Notes: generated by a model not told the origin, from the sequence alone. A stretch of DNA of 64,000 nucleotides from Desmonostoc vinosum HA7617-LM4 (GCA_019359515.1 JAHHHC010000004.1:151136-215135); one strand, 5' to 3'. Shown: positions 20,180-30,014, counted from the first letter of the stretch. Numbers and translations: made by a program.

Positions 20180-22290
20180 GTAAAGTAATTGGAACTGCCG
20201 TCAACCGTAAAGACGGACGAGCTAAGGTTACAGGCACAGCAACCTACGCCGCTGAACATCAAATACCGAATTTAGTTCACGGTTATCTTGTCACTGCTAA
20301 CATTGCCAATGGGCAAATCAAAAGCATCGACACCAGCACAGCAGAAAAATCTGTGGGAGTGATCGCAGTTTTTACCCACAAAAACGCCCCCAAGGTATTC
20401 ATGCCCAGCAACGACTTTGTTACCTCGAAAATCTACGAAGCTCGTTTACCGTTATCAGATAACAAAGTTCACTATGCAGGGCAAATCATCGGCTTGGTAG
20501 TAGCAGACACCTTTGAGCGGGCACGAGATGCGGCGCACTTAGTCAAGGTCGAATATACAGCCCAAAAGCCACTAATTGATGTCAAACAAGCCTCCTTGAA
20601 AGAGCCTCCACCCCAATTTGGTGAAGAACTCAAGTTTGAGAAAGGGAACATCACTAGCGGCATGGCAAGTGGCACAACCAAATTTGCAGCCACCTACAAA
20701 ACTTCTACCGAACTGCACGCACCCATGGAACCCCATGCCATCATTGCCCACTGGCAAGATGCAGACTCACTCACTGTTTACGAGCCATCCCAATGGGTAG
20801 CAGGAACCCAGCGTACTTATGCAGAACTCTTTGGGCTACCAACAGAACGGGTACGGATTGTTACACCTTTTTTGGGTGGGGCTTTTGGTTGCAAAGCCTT
20901 CCCCTGGCCTCACGGCATTCTCTGCGCGGCGGCGGCTCGCCAAGTCAAGCGCCCTCTGCGAGTCGTTCTCAGTCGGCGGCAAATGACGGCGAACTCAGGA
21001 CACCGCTCGGAAACTGAGCAACTTATCAGCTTGGCAGCAACTGCTGATGGCAGTCTGACTGTGATTGATCACCAAGTCAAATCCAGCACTTCCCCAGTAG
21101 ATACTTTCGCGGAACCGTGTACAGGTATCACTCCAGTCATGTATACAACACCCAATCTGCGAATGAAGCAAGAATTGGCAGTCCTAAACATCGGCACACC
21201 AACATTTATGCGTGCCCCAGGAGAAAACCCTGGTTTGTGGGCGTTAGAGTCAGCCATGGATGAACTGGCTTGGCAACTCAAAATTGACCCAGTAGAACTG
21301 CGCCTCAAAAACGAAACCAAGGAACATCAACGCAAGGGGCAGCCATTCTCAGCTAAATACTTTGCCGACTGTTTGCGAGTTGGTGCAGAGCAATTTGGGT
21401 GGAAAGACAGACCAAAGCAGCCGCGATCGCTCACCCGTGATGGTAAACTCATAGGCTGGGGCATGGCAGCAGCAACCTTTCCCGGCTTGCGGGGTAAAGC
21501 CACAGTTAAAGTGCGGCTCCTACCAGATGGTACCGCCCATATTCTCACCGCTGGCAATGACATGGGCACTGGTGCGTATACCGTAGTCGCTGCCACCGCC
21601 GCAGAAGAATTGGGGCTACCCGTCGAACAAATACGCGTAGAGTTGGGCGACTCCCTACTACCTGATGGCGGTTTAGCTGGTGGCTCCATGATGACAGCAT
21701 CCCTTGTGCCAGCAGTCATGTCAGCCTGTCAGCAAGTCCTCAAAACTGCGAAAGTGAAGACCGCGCAAGAAGCATTTACCAATCTCCGTCAGTCGGGACG
21801 CTCAGCTTTAGAAGCCACAGCATCCTCCGCCCCCGGTGCTGAAGCCAAGAAATGGGCATTCCAATCTTGGGGCGCACATTTTTGCGAAGTCAGCATCGAT
21901 GAAGAAATCGGACGCTTACGAGTGACTCGTTGGGTGTCAGTCATGAACATTGGACAAGTCATCAACGCCAAGACAGCAGCCAGTCAAGTGCGAGGCGGTG
22001 TCATCATGGGTATTGGACAAGCTCTCATGGAGGAGTCTCACCTAGACCCAAATATCGGCTATCCCGTAGTTTACGATTTGGCTACTTATCACTTCCCAGC
22101 CCACGCAGACATTCCGCGCATTCAAGTAGCCTTCGTTGGGCAACCAGACCTCAACTTCAACCCCGCCGGAGTCCGTGGTGTAGGTGAAATTGGCATCACA
22201 GGTGTTTCAGCTGCGATCGCCAATGCAGTTTACCATGCTACAGGCAAGCGCATCAGAGACTTACCCATCACACCTGACAAGTTGTTGTAA
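20176..22290 (+). CDS. paoC: Molybdopterin-binding large subunit of aldehyde oxidoreductase (PaoC/YagR-like)
   Basis: A 704 aa protein with the aldehyde oxidase/xanthine dehydrogenase a/b hammerhead and Mo-binding domains (GGAFGCK, GTGAYTV..GQ, GVGEIGI). Confidence 0.85.
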   Translation: MSKVIGTAVNRKDGRAKVTGTATYAAEHQIPNLVHGYLVTANIANGQIKSIDTSTAEKSVGVIAVFTHKNAPKVFMPSNDFVTSKIYEARLPLSDNKVHYAGQIIGLVVADTFERARDAAHLVKVEYTAQKPLIDVKQASLKEPPPQFGEELKFEKGNITSGMASGTTKFAATYKTSTELHAPMEPHAIIAHWQDADSLTVYEPSQWVAGTQRTYAELFGLPTERVRIVTPFLGGAFGCKAFPWPHGILCAAAARQVKRPLRVVLSRRQMTANSGHRSETEQLISLAATADGSLTVIDHQVKSSTSPVDTFAEPCTGITPVMYTTPNLRMKQELAVLNIGTPTFMRAPGENPGLWALESAMDELAWQLKIDPVELRLKNETKEHQRKGQPFSAKYFADCLRVGAEQFGWKDRPKQPRSLTRDGKLIGWGMAAATFPGLRGKATVKVRLLPDGTAHILTAGNDMGTGAYTVVAATAAEELGLPVEQIRVELGDSLLPDGGLAGGSMMTASLVPAVMSACQQVLKTAKVKTAQEAFTNLRQSGRSALEATASSAPGAEAKKWAFQSWGAHFCEVSIDEEIGRLRVTRWVSVMNIGQVINAKTAASQVRGGVIMGIGQALMEESHLDPNIGYPVVYDLATYHFPAHADIPRIQVAFVGQPDLNFNPAGVRGVGEIGITGVSAAIANAVYHATGKRIRDLPITPDKLL

Positions 22291-22384
22291 TTGGGAATGG
22301 AGAATGGAAAAGAAACAAGGGGCAGGAGGCAAGGGGGAGCTATATATAACCTTCCCCCTGCTCCCCACTCCCCACTCCTTTCAA

Positions 22385-22607
22385 GGGTAGGTTTTTCATA
22401 TTCAGTCTGAAAAAACCTATTTTTTCGTTCCGAAATCTTTCTGTGCGTCCCCCTACCCTTCTCCTATCGGAGACGCTGCGCGAACGGGAACGCTTTCAGC
22501 GAACGGGTTCGCAGTCGCCTGCGGAGGGAAACCCTCCTTTACTCGCTGTCTCACCGCGTCCCCGCGTCCCCGCCTCAACCAAAACGCCAAATCTAAAAAA
22601 CCTACCC
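22385..22607. mobile_element. MITE family D (TIR gggtaggttttt / aaaaacctaccc) with a copy of repeat family C nested inside it
   Basis: Compared with the intact 90 bp copy at 29686-29775, this copy has a roughly 120 bp insertion (22443-22560) that is the inverted twin of 24519-24642. Confidence 0.7.
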
Positions 22608-22654
22608 ATAAGAGGGCCCCGAGTTCCCCACTCCCTACTCCCCACTCCCTAACA

Positions 22655-23818
22655 ATGAACGAGCTACACGCTATCTTGGCAACTTTTGCAGAAAGTCAAC
22701 ACAATGCTGAACCAGTATTTCTCGCTACTGTGGTGAATGTTAAAGGCTCTACCTATCGTCAACCAGGTGCCAAAATGCTGATCACACAAGCAGAGCAAAT
22801 GATAGGCATGATTAGTGGTGGCTGTTTAGAAAATGATGTCTTTCACCACACCCGCTCATCCATGCCAGATGGGCAGCCAATTGTTGTCACCTATGACACT
22901 AATGCTGATGAAGATATTGTGTGGGGATTTGGACTGGCTTGTAATGGTGTAGTGCAAGTACTAATTGAACACCTAGATGTAGATAATTCTCTTAATCCTA
23001 TAGCTTTTATTCAACAATGTTTTTTTCGTCAGCAACCGGGGATTATTGCAACTGTTTTTGGTGTGGAAGGCACAGTTAATGTTAATATCGGGGCACGCTT
23101 CATGCTGAATTTCGATAATAGCATAACTACTAATATTGCAGAATCTTCTTTAGTTGCTGCTCTGACTCAAGATGCTCAAATCGCTCTCAAAAATCAACAT
23201 TCAAGTGTTAATAAATATCAATTATTCTCAGGTATTGTTGATGTTTTTCTTGAAGTAATTCAACCACCCACACGCCTGATAATTTTTGGTGCAGGCCATG
23301 ATGCTGTACCAACAGCGCAGTTTGCTAAAGCTTTGGGTTGGCATGTCACTATTGTTGATTGTCGAGCTAATGAGGCAACCAAAGAACGTTTAACAATGGC
23401 TGATGAGGTGATTCTGACTCGCCGCGAGATTTTAGATCAACAAGTATGTGTGGATAAATATACTGTTGCTGTAGTGATGACTCATAATTATTTAGATGAT
23501 TTAGAGATTCTCAAATTATTATTGCGATCGCCTGCTGTATATATAGGTTGTTTAGGCCCTAAGCATCGGACTGCCAGATTACTCGAAGATTTACATGCTG
23601 AGGGTATGGACTACACTACAGAACAGCTACAAAGATTATATGGCCCTGTGGGCATTGATATTGGTGCAGACACGCCTGAAGCGATCGCTTTATCGATGAT
23701 TGCTGAAATTCAAGCTGTGCTGACAAATCGTTGTGGTGGTTTTCTGCGAAACCGCACTGCACCAATTCATCAACGACATGAAGTTAAGGAAAAACTAACT
23801 AGGAGTGTAGGGGTATAA
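22655..23818 (+). CDS. paoD: XdhC/CoxI-family molybdoenzyme maturation chaperone (PaoD/YagQ-like)
   Basis: Typical XdhC N-terminus (ATVVNVKGSTYRQPGAKMLI..GMISGGCLENDV) and a Rossmann-like C-terminal domain (LIIFGAGHDAV). Confidence 0.8.
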   Translation: MNELHAILATFAESQHNAEPVFLATVVNVKGSTYRQPGAKMLITQAEQMIGMISGGCLENDVFHHTRSSMPDGQPIVVTYDTNADEDIVWGFGLACNGVVQVLIEHLDVDNSLNPIAFIQQCFFRQQPGIIATVFGVEGTVNVNIGARFMLNFDNSITTNIAESSLVAALTQDAQIALKNQHSSVNKYQLFSGIVDVFLEVIQPPTRLIIFGAGHDAVPTAQFAKALGWHVTIVDCRANEATKERLTMADEVILTRREILDQQVCVDKYTVAVVMTHNYLDDLEILKLLLRSPAVYIGCLGPKHRTARLLEDLHAEGMDYTTEQLQRLYGPVGIDIGADTPEAIALSMIAEIQAVLTNRCGGFLRNRTAPIHQRHEVKEKLTRSVGV

Positions 23819-23867
23819 GGGTTTAGGGGAAGAGGACGCGGGGACGCGGGGACGCGGAGAAAATTTC

Positions 23868-23900
23868 TTCCCCACTCCCACTCCCCACTCCCCACTCCCC
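23868..23900. repeat. Heptanucleotide array (CCCCACT)n, 4-5 copies
   Basis: Direct reading. It is preceded by (GGGGACG)3 at 23830-23860, and similar CCCCACT runs occur at 22348-22375 and 22625-22650. Confidence 0.85.
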
Positions 23901-23919
23901 ATTTCCAAGAGGGGAGATT

Positions 23920-24531
23920 TTGATCATGGTTGCCATTATTATTTTGGCGGCGGGTGCGTCAACTCGTATGGGTACACCTAAACAACTTTTGCCCTATGAG
24001 GGACGGAGTTTAATTCGCCATGCGCTTGAAAGTGCGATCGCTTCTGTATGTAGACCTATAGTAGTTGTTTTGGGGGCTAATGCCCAAGCAATATTTCCTG
24101 AAGTTAATCAACCGGATGTGCAGGTGGTGGAAAATCCCCAATGGAATTTGGGCATGAGTGCTTCTATTAAAAGTGGAATTTTGGCACTTGCAAATTATTC
24201 TGAAAGTATAGATGCAGCGGTTATTATTGTTTGCGACCAGCCGTTCGTTTCTGCTGAAGTGATTAATCTCTTAGTCACAGGATATCATTCTACAGGGAAA
24301 CCTATCGTTGCTTCTCAATATGCACAAACATTCGGTGTACCTGCTTTGTTTAATCAGATATTTTTCTCGGAACTCGCAAGCTTGGGTGAGAATGTTGGTG
24401 CAAGAAATTTGATTAAGAAACATTTCAATCAAGTGTTTGGCGTTCCTTTTGAATTAGGTGCGATTGATATTGATACACCAAACGACTATATGAATCTGAC
24501 GAGGGAGTGCAAAGATGAGGGGACGCGGTGA
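23920..24531 (+). CDS. mocA: MobA/MocA-like nucleotidyltransferase (molybdenum cofactor cytidylyltransferase candidate)
   Basis: The N-terminus AIIILAAGASTRMGTPKQLLPYEG matches the LAGGxSxRMG motif of MobA/MocA. The last 5 codons (DEGTR-stop) are encoded inside the repeat copy at 24519. Confidence 0.7.
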   Translation: MIMVAIIILAAGASTRMGTPKQLLPYEGRSLIRHALESAIASVCRPIVVVLGANAQAIFPEVNQPDVQVVENPQWNLGMSASIKSGILALANYSESIDAAVIIVCDQPFVSAEVINLLVTGYHSTGKPIVASQYAQTFGVPALFNQIFFSELASLGENVGARNLIKKHFNQVFGVPFELGAIDIDTPNDYMNLTRECKDEGTR

Positions 24532-24642
24532 GACAGCGAGTAAAGGAGGGTTTCCCTCCGCAGGCGACTGCGAACCCGTTCGCTGAAAGCGTTCCCGTTC
24601 GCGCAGCGTCTCCGATAGGAGAAGGGTAGGGGGACGCGGAGA
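24519..24642. mobile_element. Short dispersed repeat family C, inverted copy of 22443-22560
   Basis: About 118 bp reverse-complement identity, also visible as identical peptides in ORFs 22443..22652(+) and 24454..24678(-). The two copies bracket paoD-mocA. Confidence 0.8.
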
Positions 24643-24678
24643 ATGACAATTCCCAATTCCATATTTTGGTAAAAACAA

Positions 24679-25551
24679 GTGAGAAAAATCTGGCTACTGG
24701 CTATGACACTAATTAGTTTGGGAATGTGGTTAATCTTGCATTCCTCTGGTTCTGTTGTCCCAACCGTTGCGTCTTCACCACCAAAAACTATCCGCTACTT
24801 TGAGCGCACTTTGCCCCAAGGTATAGCTCATGTCTTGTTAATTCCTACTAATAGTCGATTTTTGGTAACTCCTGCATTATCGCCGAAGGTAAGCACAGTA
24901 GAGGAATTTGCCCAAAAGCATCGAGCGATCGCAATCTTTAATGCAGGCTTTTTTGACCCAGTAAACCAAAAATCCACATCCTACGTAATTTTACAAGGAA
25001 AACTCGTTGCTGATCCCAAGCAAAATGAGCGATTAGTGGATAATCCCAAATTAAAACCTTACCTCAATCAAATTTTCAATCGCACAGAATTCCGCCGCTA
25101 CCTATGTGGACAGACCATTCGCTATGATATTGTTCCGCACAGGGAGTCATCACCAGCAGGTTGTCGATTAGTCGATGCTATAGGTGCTGGCCCGCGCTTA
25201 CTACCACAACTCACCTCAGTGCAAGAGGGTTTTGTAGATACTACCAATGGACGGGATGCACTCGGCAGCAACCAACCTAACGCCAGAACAGCTGTAGGTA
25301 TTACTAATGACGATACTGTTGTTTTAGTAATGATGGCTCAAAAAACCTCAGACCCCACTAACTCTGGAATATCCTTACCAGCGCTGGCAGATTTCCTCAA
25401 AACTCTCGGTGTCCAAAAAGCGATGAACTTAGATGGAGGGAGTTCGTCTTCGCTTGATTACAATGGCAAAACCATTTACGGGAAGGTGGATTTGCAGGGC
25501 AATCTCATCAAGCGACCTGTGAAATCGGTTTTGTTAGTTCAAGAAAACTAG
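24679..25551 (+). CDS. Phosphodiester glycosidase family protein (DUF2233/NAGPA-like) with N-terminal TM/signal anchor
   Basis: C-terminal NLDGGSSSSL block and AIFNAGFFD are typical of the family. Confidence 0.6.
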   Translation: MRKIWLLAMTLISLGMWLILHSSGSVVPTVASSPPKTIRYFERTLPQGIAHVLLIPTNSRFLVTPALSPKVSTVEEFAQKHRAIAIFNAGFFDPVNQKSTSYVILQGKLVADPKQNERLVDNPKLKPYLNQIFNRTEFRRYLCGQTIRYDIVPHRESSPAGCRLVDAIGAGPRLLPQLTSVQEGFVDTTNGRDALGSNQPNARTAVGITNDDTVVLVMMAQKTSDPTNSGISLPALADFLKTLGVQKAMNLDGGSSSSLDYNGKTIYGKVDLQGNLIKRPVKSVLLVQEN

Positions 25552-25687
25552 AAAATCTCGCCCAAGAACTATCGTGGCTTATCAAAACAATCAGGTCTAA
25601 AACCGGACTTCGTCCAAAGTTTTTGGAGCGCTTTATAAATTCACCGTTACAAAAACGACCTGCGACCTGCGTTAATTACGAATTACG

Positions 25688-25746
25688 TTAGCGCAGCGTA
25701 AAGCCTGCGGCATAGCTTCGCTTAGAGCGACACAGGAGCGTCGCAT
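25688..25746. mobile_element. MITE-like short dispersed repeat (family B), short copy, inserted into an (AATTACG)n array
   Basis: aattacgaattacg | element | tcattacgaattacgaattattta. The 51 bp core is identical to 2408-2458. Confidence 0.65.
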
Positions 25747-25766
25747 CATTACGAATTACGAATTAT

Positions 25767-26096
25767 TTAACTAGCCGTTTGATTTTGAAAGATGCGTAGT
25801 TGCTCTACTATATAGTCTTCTAATTCTTGTTTATCTCTGCTGCTAGCATTACGCTGATAAACCTTTCCTGTCTCTTGAATAAACTTACGTTTTTCATTAG
25901 GAGAACCTTTACTTTTAGCTCCTGGTTTGTTTAATTTTTTTTGTAATTCTTCCCAGGTTTGTTCACCTACATTTTCACCAACTTTTACAAGTGCTTGAGG
26001 TAGTAATATTTTTGCTTCTCTTTTGAAATCTTCTTCTGTTTCTAACGAGGCTAAATCTACACTACTGAAGTCAATATTAATTTGAAATTTACTCAT
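25767..26096 (-). CDS. Hypothetical protein
   Basis: ORF only; a charged/Lys-rich soluble protein. Confidence 0.35.
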   Translation of the reverse strand: MSKFQINIDFSSVDLASLETEEDFKREAKILLPQALVKVGENVGEQTWEELQKKLNKPGAKSKGSPNEKRKFIQETGKVYQRNASSRDKQELEDYIVEQLRIFQNQTAS

Positions 26097-26240
26097 GGAA
26101 TCTCTAAACTTGCAAGTTAGTTAGTTGTGAAGTGAAATTATAGATATAACATAGTTATCTAATTCTAACCTTTAATAGCCAGAAAATGTTATTTTGTGGA
26201 ACAGGCAAGATGTCTATCAAAGAGGACAGACGACGGGCCA

Positions 26241-26687
26241 CTAGTTTTTGCTTGGACTGTAAATTTTTTGAGGATACATCTTCTCAAAGTAGGCGATCGC
26301 AACTTCGCCAAATGCTTTAACCGCAAAAGCTCCAATTATAGGTTGAACAATTTGTCCGATGCCAGGAACAAATGTTGCTATCATACCACCCATCCTGAAA
26401 AGTAGTTGTCCTCCGCCCATAGCTATGATTGCAGCTGCGATCGCACCTGCGCCACCAGCAGGTAATAAATCTACATCATAAACTTGAGCAATTCGACTGA
26501 TTACAGCTGCCTGTACAGCAGTTAGACTAGTTTGGAAGTTGAACGCGCCAACACCAGGAACCCCACCAGCTAATCCTGCTGTAACTCCACCTCCCATCAT
26601 TAACCAAAGTTCATCTCTTGCTTGGTCACTACAATATTTAGGCATAACAGAAATCACCATGCCATAAAAGATTTGTTGTAAGTTCAA
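26241..26687 (-). CDS. Hypothetical glycine-zipper membrane protein
   Basis: Gly/Ala-rich TM segments (GGGVTAGLAGGVPGVGA, AGGAGAIAAAIIAMGGG). Confidence 0.4.
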   Translation of the reverse strand: MNLQQIFYGMVISVMPKYCSDQARDELWLMMGGGVTAGLAGGVPGVGAFNFQTSLTAVQAAVISRIAQVYDVDLLPAGGAGAIAAAIIAMGGGQLLFRMGGMIATFVPGIGQIVQPIIGAFAVKAFGEVAIAYFEKMYPQKIYSPSKN

Positions 26688-27323
26688 TAAATTTCAGCAC
26701 TACAACTATGCAGATCTAATCAACAAGATTGGCTCAAGTTAATTGCAACTAAACTCGTAGCAAAAAATTGGTCGCAGAATGTTGTCTTGGCTGGAAGTGA
26801 CTAAAAACAATTGACGATAAAAACGGCATCTCGATGCTTTCTCATAAATCAGTTCTCAGATGCTGTATTCACTAGTTCTAGGTTATCTATACCTTGTTGA
26901 TAACATTCATAATATTCAGAATTTTTTCAAACAAAATCCATCCCAAGATATGACCAGCAAAGTCATCGCAGCGTTTTTGATACACTCAATTGTTGAAAAA
27001 ACTGAATTGAACCTTGGATGACGCCGCATAGCGTAGATTTTGAGTTGGATAAATAGCTGCGATCGCCTCAACCATAACTATTTTGGTCTAATCGCTTTAA
27101 TTAAATTTTTGTTACATTTTGATAAATTTTTTCACCGACTTACTGACTTGCTCTATTAAGAGAATTAGAAGTGAAAGTCACCAAGATTGTCATGATTTAA
27201 CCAGCAATAACGAAGGCAGGGGCAGGAGGCCGTTTTTGTCACGGGGATTTATACCTCCCTCTAAAAACTTTTCGCTTTCAAACTTGACCAATATCCCCTA
27301 CCCCCTTACACCCCAAAAGCAAG

Positions 27324-28247
27324 CTATATTAGGGGTTTGTGCATAGGTATCACCAAACCTTCGCAGGCTAGTAATGATTGGGGAAATTTGGATTGAACTT
27401 CGCCTTGAGCCTGGTCAAGAAAGTCATCGTGGTCATCCGGGTGATGATGCGATATGACCAACTTTTGTACGTTTGCACTGTGAGCTAAGTTGATAGCAGT
27501 TTGCCAGTGTAAATCCGCTGAGTCATGGTTGTGAGATGTCGGAGGCACGTAAGTAGCATTGGCTATGAGTAAATCAACACCTTCAACAAACTGTAAAATC
27601 CGCTCTTGTTCTGCTTGATCTGCACTTTGATGCAAATCTGTGACGTAAGCAACGCTTAAATGCTGCCAATTAACTCGATATCCAGCTGAGCGCTGGGTTT
27701 GATTGATTAGTGCTGTGGTGATTGTGACGCTATCTAAATTGACTTCACTGTTGAGAGTTAGATTATAAAACTGCAATTCGGATTGCATCACCTGTAAAGG
27801 ATAAGGAAAGTGTGGCTGGAGCATCTGATCGCACAAACATTGTTTGATCGAAGCTCCATTTGAGGCCGCTGTTCCATAAATGTGAAAGCAATTTTCTGCT
27901 ACAAATGCAGGTGCAAAAAAGGGAAATCCTTGAATCCGATTTGATTGAGAATTAGTAAAAAACAAATGAGCTTCTAGTGGTTTTTGGAGTTTTTGCCAAG
28001 TGTTACCTAGAATGCGTAAGCCAGTACCACCATCAAAAATTAAGCGTTTTCCATCTACATGCATTTCTACACATGCAGTATTGCCACCATACCGACTGTT
28101 ATGGCTGCTAGGGGTAGGAATTAAACCCCGTACACCCCAAAATTGCACTAAAAATTCATTCACTGGGTTATTGAGTGGGGTAGTTGACTGCTCATCTATG
28201 TAGTTTTGGGAACCCGACAGTTCAAAATTTGACATTATTCTTTGCAA
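27324..28247 (-). CDS. MBL-fold (metallo-beta-lactamase superfamily) protein with apparently degenerate HxHxDH motif
   Basis: GNTACVEMHVDGKRLIFDGGTG and C-terminal VISHHHPDDHDD are MBL-like. Where HxHxDH is expected the sequence reads HLFFTNSQSNRIQG. Confidence 0.6.
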   Translation of the reverse strand: MQRIMSNFELSGSQNYIDEQSTTPLNNPVNEFLVQFWGVRGLIPTPSSHNSRYGGNTACVEMHVDGKRLIFDGGTGLRILGNTWQKLQKPLEAHLFFTNSQSNRIQGFPFFAPAFVAENCFHIYGTAASNGASIKQCLCDQMLQPHFPYPLQVMQSELQFYNLTLNSEVNLDSVTITTALINQTQRSAGYRVNWQHLSVAYVTDLHQSADQAEQERILQFVEGVDLLIANATYVPPTSHNHDSADLHWQTAINLAHSANVQKLVISHHHPDDHDDFLDQAQGEVQSKFPQSLLACEGLVIPMHKPLI

Positions 28248-28631
28248 TTAGACCTTACTGAGCAGGTCATCGTAGTGCCGTACTTCCAACAGTCGGTTTT
28301 TTTCATCCACAATGACTACCGTAGGAGAGTAACTTTTTAACTCTTCTGGAGTGAACTGCCCGTAAGTCATTATAATCAAGCGATCGCCACTAATGCCTAG
28401 ACGTGCCGCAGCCCCATTTAGTTCAATCACTCCTGAATTAGCCGGCGCGGGAATTGCATATGTAATAAAGCGCTGTCCATTAGCATTATTGACTACTTGC
28501 ACCTGTTCATACGGTAAAATTCCAGCTTTTTCTAAAAGGATTTTATCAATGCTGATACTACCCACATAGTTGAGATTTGCCCCTGTAAGGGTGCAGTTAT
28601 GAATTTTTGCCAAAAGGATAGTGCGCTGCAT
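28248..28631 (-). CDS. panD: Aspartate 1-decarboxylase
   Basis: [43 protein letters not shown] aligns with E. coli PanD, including the Gly-Ser self-cleavage site. Confidence 0.9.
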   Translation of the reverse strand: MQRTILLAKIHNCTLTGANLNYVGSISIDKILLEKAGILPYEQVQVVNNANGQRFITYAIPAPANSGVIELNGAAARLGISGDRLIIMTYGQFTPEELKSYSPTVVIVDEKNRLLEVRHYDDLLSKV

Positions 28632-28795
28632 TTGGTTTCGGGGTTTATGGCGATTTGGCTCGCAACCAGCGAAAGCTGTTTTCCTGTTTTTTGAGTTTGG
28701 TGAGCAGAGTCTTGATTATCTTTGCCTAGTCCATTATTACAGGGGAGATTGGTAATTGGTAATTGGGTGCAACCCATTACCTATTACCTCATCCA

Positions 28796-29308
28796 TTATG
28801 CTTTAGCAGCTTTGATGCATTTTTCAACTAGAGCCGCAACTTGTCCAGCATCTTGCCAACCGAGAATTTCAGTCACTTTTTTCTCTAAATTTTTATAAGT
28901 GCGAAAAAATTCGGCAATTTCATCCAATCGGTGTTGATGAATGTCTTTTAAAGATTTGACTTCAGCGTAACGGGGATCTTTAGCTGGCACACAAAGAAGT
29001 TTTTCATCGCGATCGCCACCGTCAATCATTTCTAACAGCCCAATTGGGCGTGCAGCGATCACACATCCAGGGAAGGTTGGTTCATCGATGATCACCATAC
29101 CATCCAATGGGTCGCCATCATCAGCCAAAGTATTGGGTACAAAGCCGTAGTCATACGGGTATTGCACCGAAGAATAAAGTACCCTATCTAAGGCAAAAGC
29201 TTGTATTTCCTTATCGTATTCGTATTTATTTTTACTCCCGCCGGGAATTTCGATCAAAACGTTGATAATGCCTGGTTTAGGTTGAGCAGGAATAAGGGAT
29301 AAATCCAC
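28796..29308 (-). CDS. ppa: Inorganic pyrophosphatase (family I)
   Basis: [35 protein letters not shown] are PPase signatures. The likely start is GTG at 29308, with GGAGGA 7 nt upstream; the ORF-track start at 29329 is TTG. Confidence 0.9.
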   Translation of the reverse strand: MDLSLIPAQPKPGIINVLIEIPGGSKNKYEYDKEIQAFALDRVLYSSVQYPYDYGFVPNTLADDGDPLDGMVIIDEPTFPGCVIAARPIGLLEMIDGGDRDEKLLCVPAKDPRYAEVKSLKDIHQHRLDEIAEFFRTYKNLEKKVTEILGWQDAGQVAALVEKCIKAAKA

Positions 29309-29537
29309 AACAAAATCCTCCGATAACAATCAGTAGTAGGCGCACTCAGTTGGCTCCCGTGTAGAATTTTAGGGCAATTCGGTATCTGGCGCTGCACTGT
29401 TCTTGATCAGAGGTGGGGGTGATGTGGTTCGACTTCTCCTGTCAAAGACGCTACGCGTAGCAAGATCCCGTAGGGTACGCGGTAATCTCGACTTCGCTCG
29501 ATACCGCATAGCCGAAACTGACTAACCGGGGGATGAG

Positions 29538-29640
29538 AAGACGCGGTGAGACAGCGAGTAAAGGAGGGTTTCCCTCCGCAGGCGACTGCGTTAGCGAGCT
29601 TGCGAGCGTCACCCGAAAGGGGACGCGGAGAATGACAAAT
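29538..29640. mobile_element. Internally deleted copy of repeat family C
   Basis: Segment 29540-29590 is identical to part of 24521-24571. The end ggggacgcggagaatgacaaat matches 24636-24657. Confidence 0.65.
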
Positions 29641-29685
29641 CCTTATTACCCCTAATCCCCACTATTTCCGGGGGCCCCCTTTCAA

Positions 29686-29775
29686 GGGTAGGTTTTTCAT
29701 ATTCCTATTTTTTCGTTCCGAAATCTTTCTCCGCGTCCCCGCGTCAACCAAAACGCGAAATCTAAAAACCTACCC
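29686..29775. mobile_element. MITE family D, intact copy with 12 bp terminal inverted repeats
   Basis: gggtaggtttttcat ... aaaaacctaccc. The same element occurs at 22385-22607 carrying a nested insertion. Confidence 0.7.
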
Positions 29776-29941
29776 ATAAGAGCCGGGGGCCCCGAGTTCC
29801 CTATTACTATTTTTTGTGTTACATTTAGTAGTAAGGTAGTAATACATCTGCCAAGCTTATGGTTTGGGTTCTGTATGTCCGACTGGTGCGCCAACCTTTG
29901 GATTGAGCGTATACCGCGAAGCAATGCGTCACTACTTTACC

Positions 29942-30013
29942 GTTTGATTAGCTCAGTGGCAGAGTATCCGAGAAGATCGGAAGGGCGTAGGTTCGAGTCC
30001 TACATCAAGCACC
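29942..30013 (+). tRNA. tRNA-like element 1: canonical acceptor/D/T arms but 5-nt anticodon loop (GAAGA); possibly a pseudo- or non-canonical tRNA
   Basis: Acceptor GTTTGAT/ATCAAGC, D arm TAGCTCAGTGGCAGAGT, T arm GTAGGTTCGAGTCCTAC. The anticodon arm TCCGA-GAAGA-TCGGA has a 5-nt loop; read as a 4 bp stem it gives a 7-nt loop AGAAGAT with G at position 33. Confidence 0.4.
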
Positions 30014-30014
30014 G

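Noticed and set aside
20472-21719. Multiple 60-130 aa ORFs on the minus strand
   Set aside because: All are antisense within paoC. High GC inflates ORF length, and they have no independent support.
22443-22652. 69-aa ORF, and its twin 24454..24678 (-) with an identical peptide
   Set aside because: Identity arises because both lie in inverted copies of dispersed repeat C. They are repeat artefacts, not genes.
2289-25770. Possibility that the heptamer arrays or dispersed repeats represent a CRISPR array
   Set aside because: Units are 7 bp with no unique spacers. Dispersed repeats are single or inverted copies, not regularly spaced direct repeats. No cas genes are present.
29697-29924. 75-aa ORF on the minus strand
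   Set aside because: Lies entirely within MITE D and the adjacent repeat debris upstream of the tRNA-like array.
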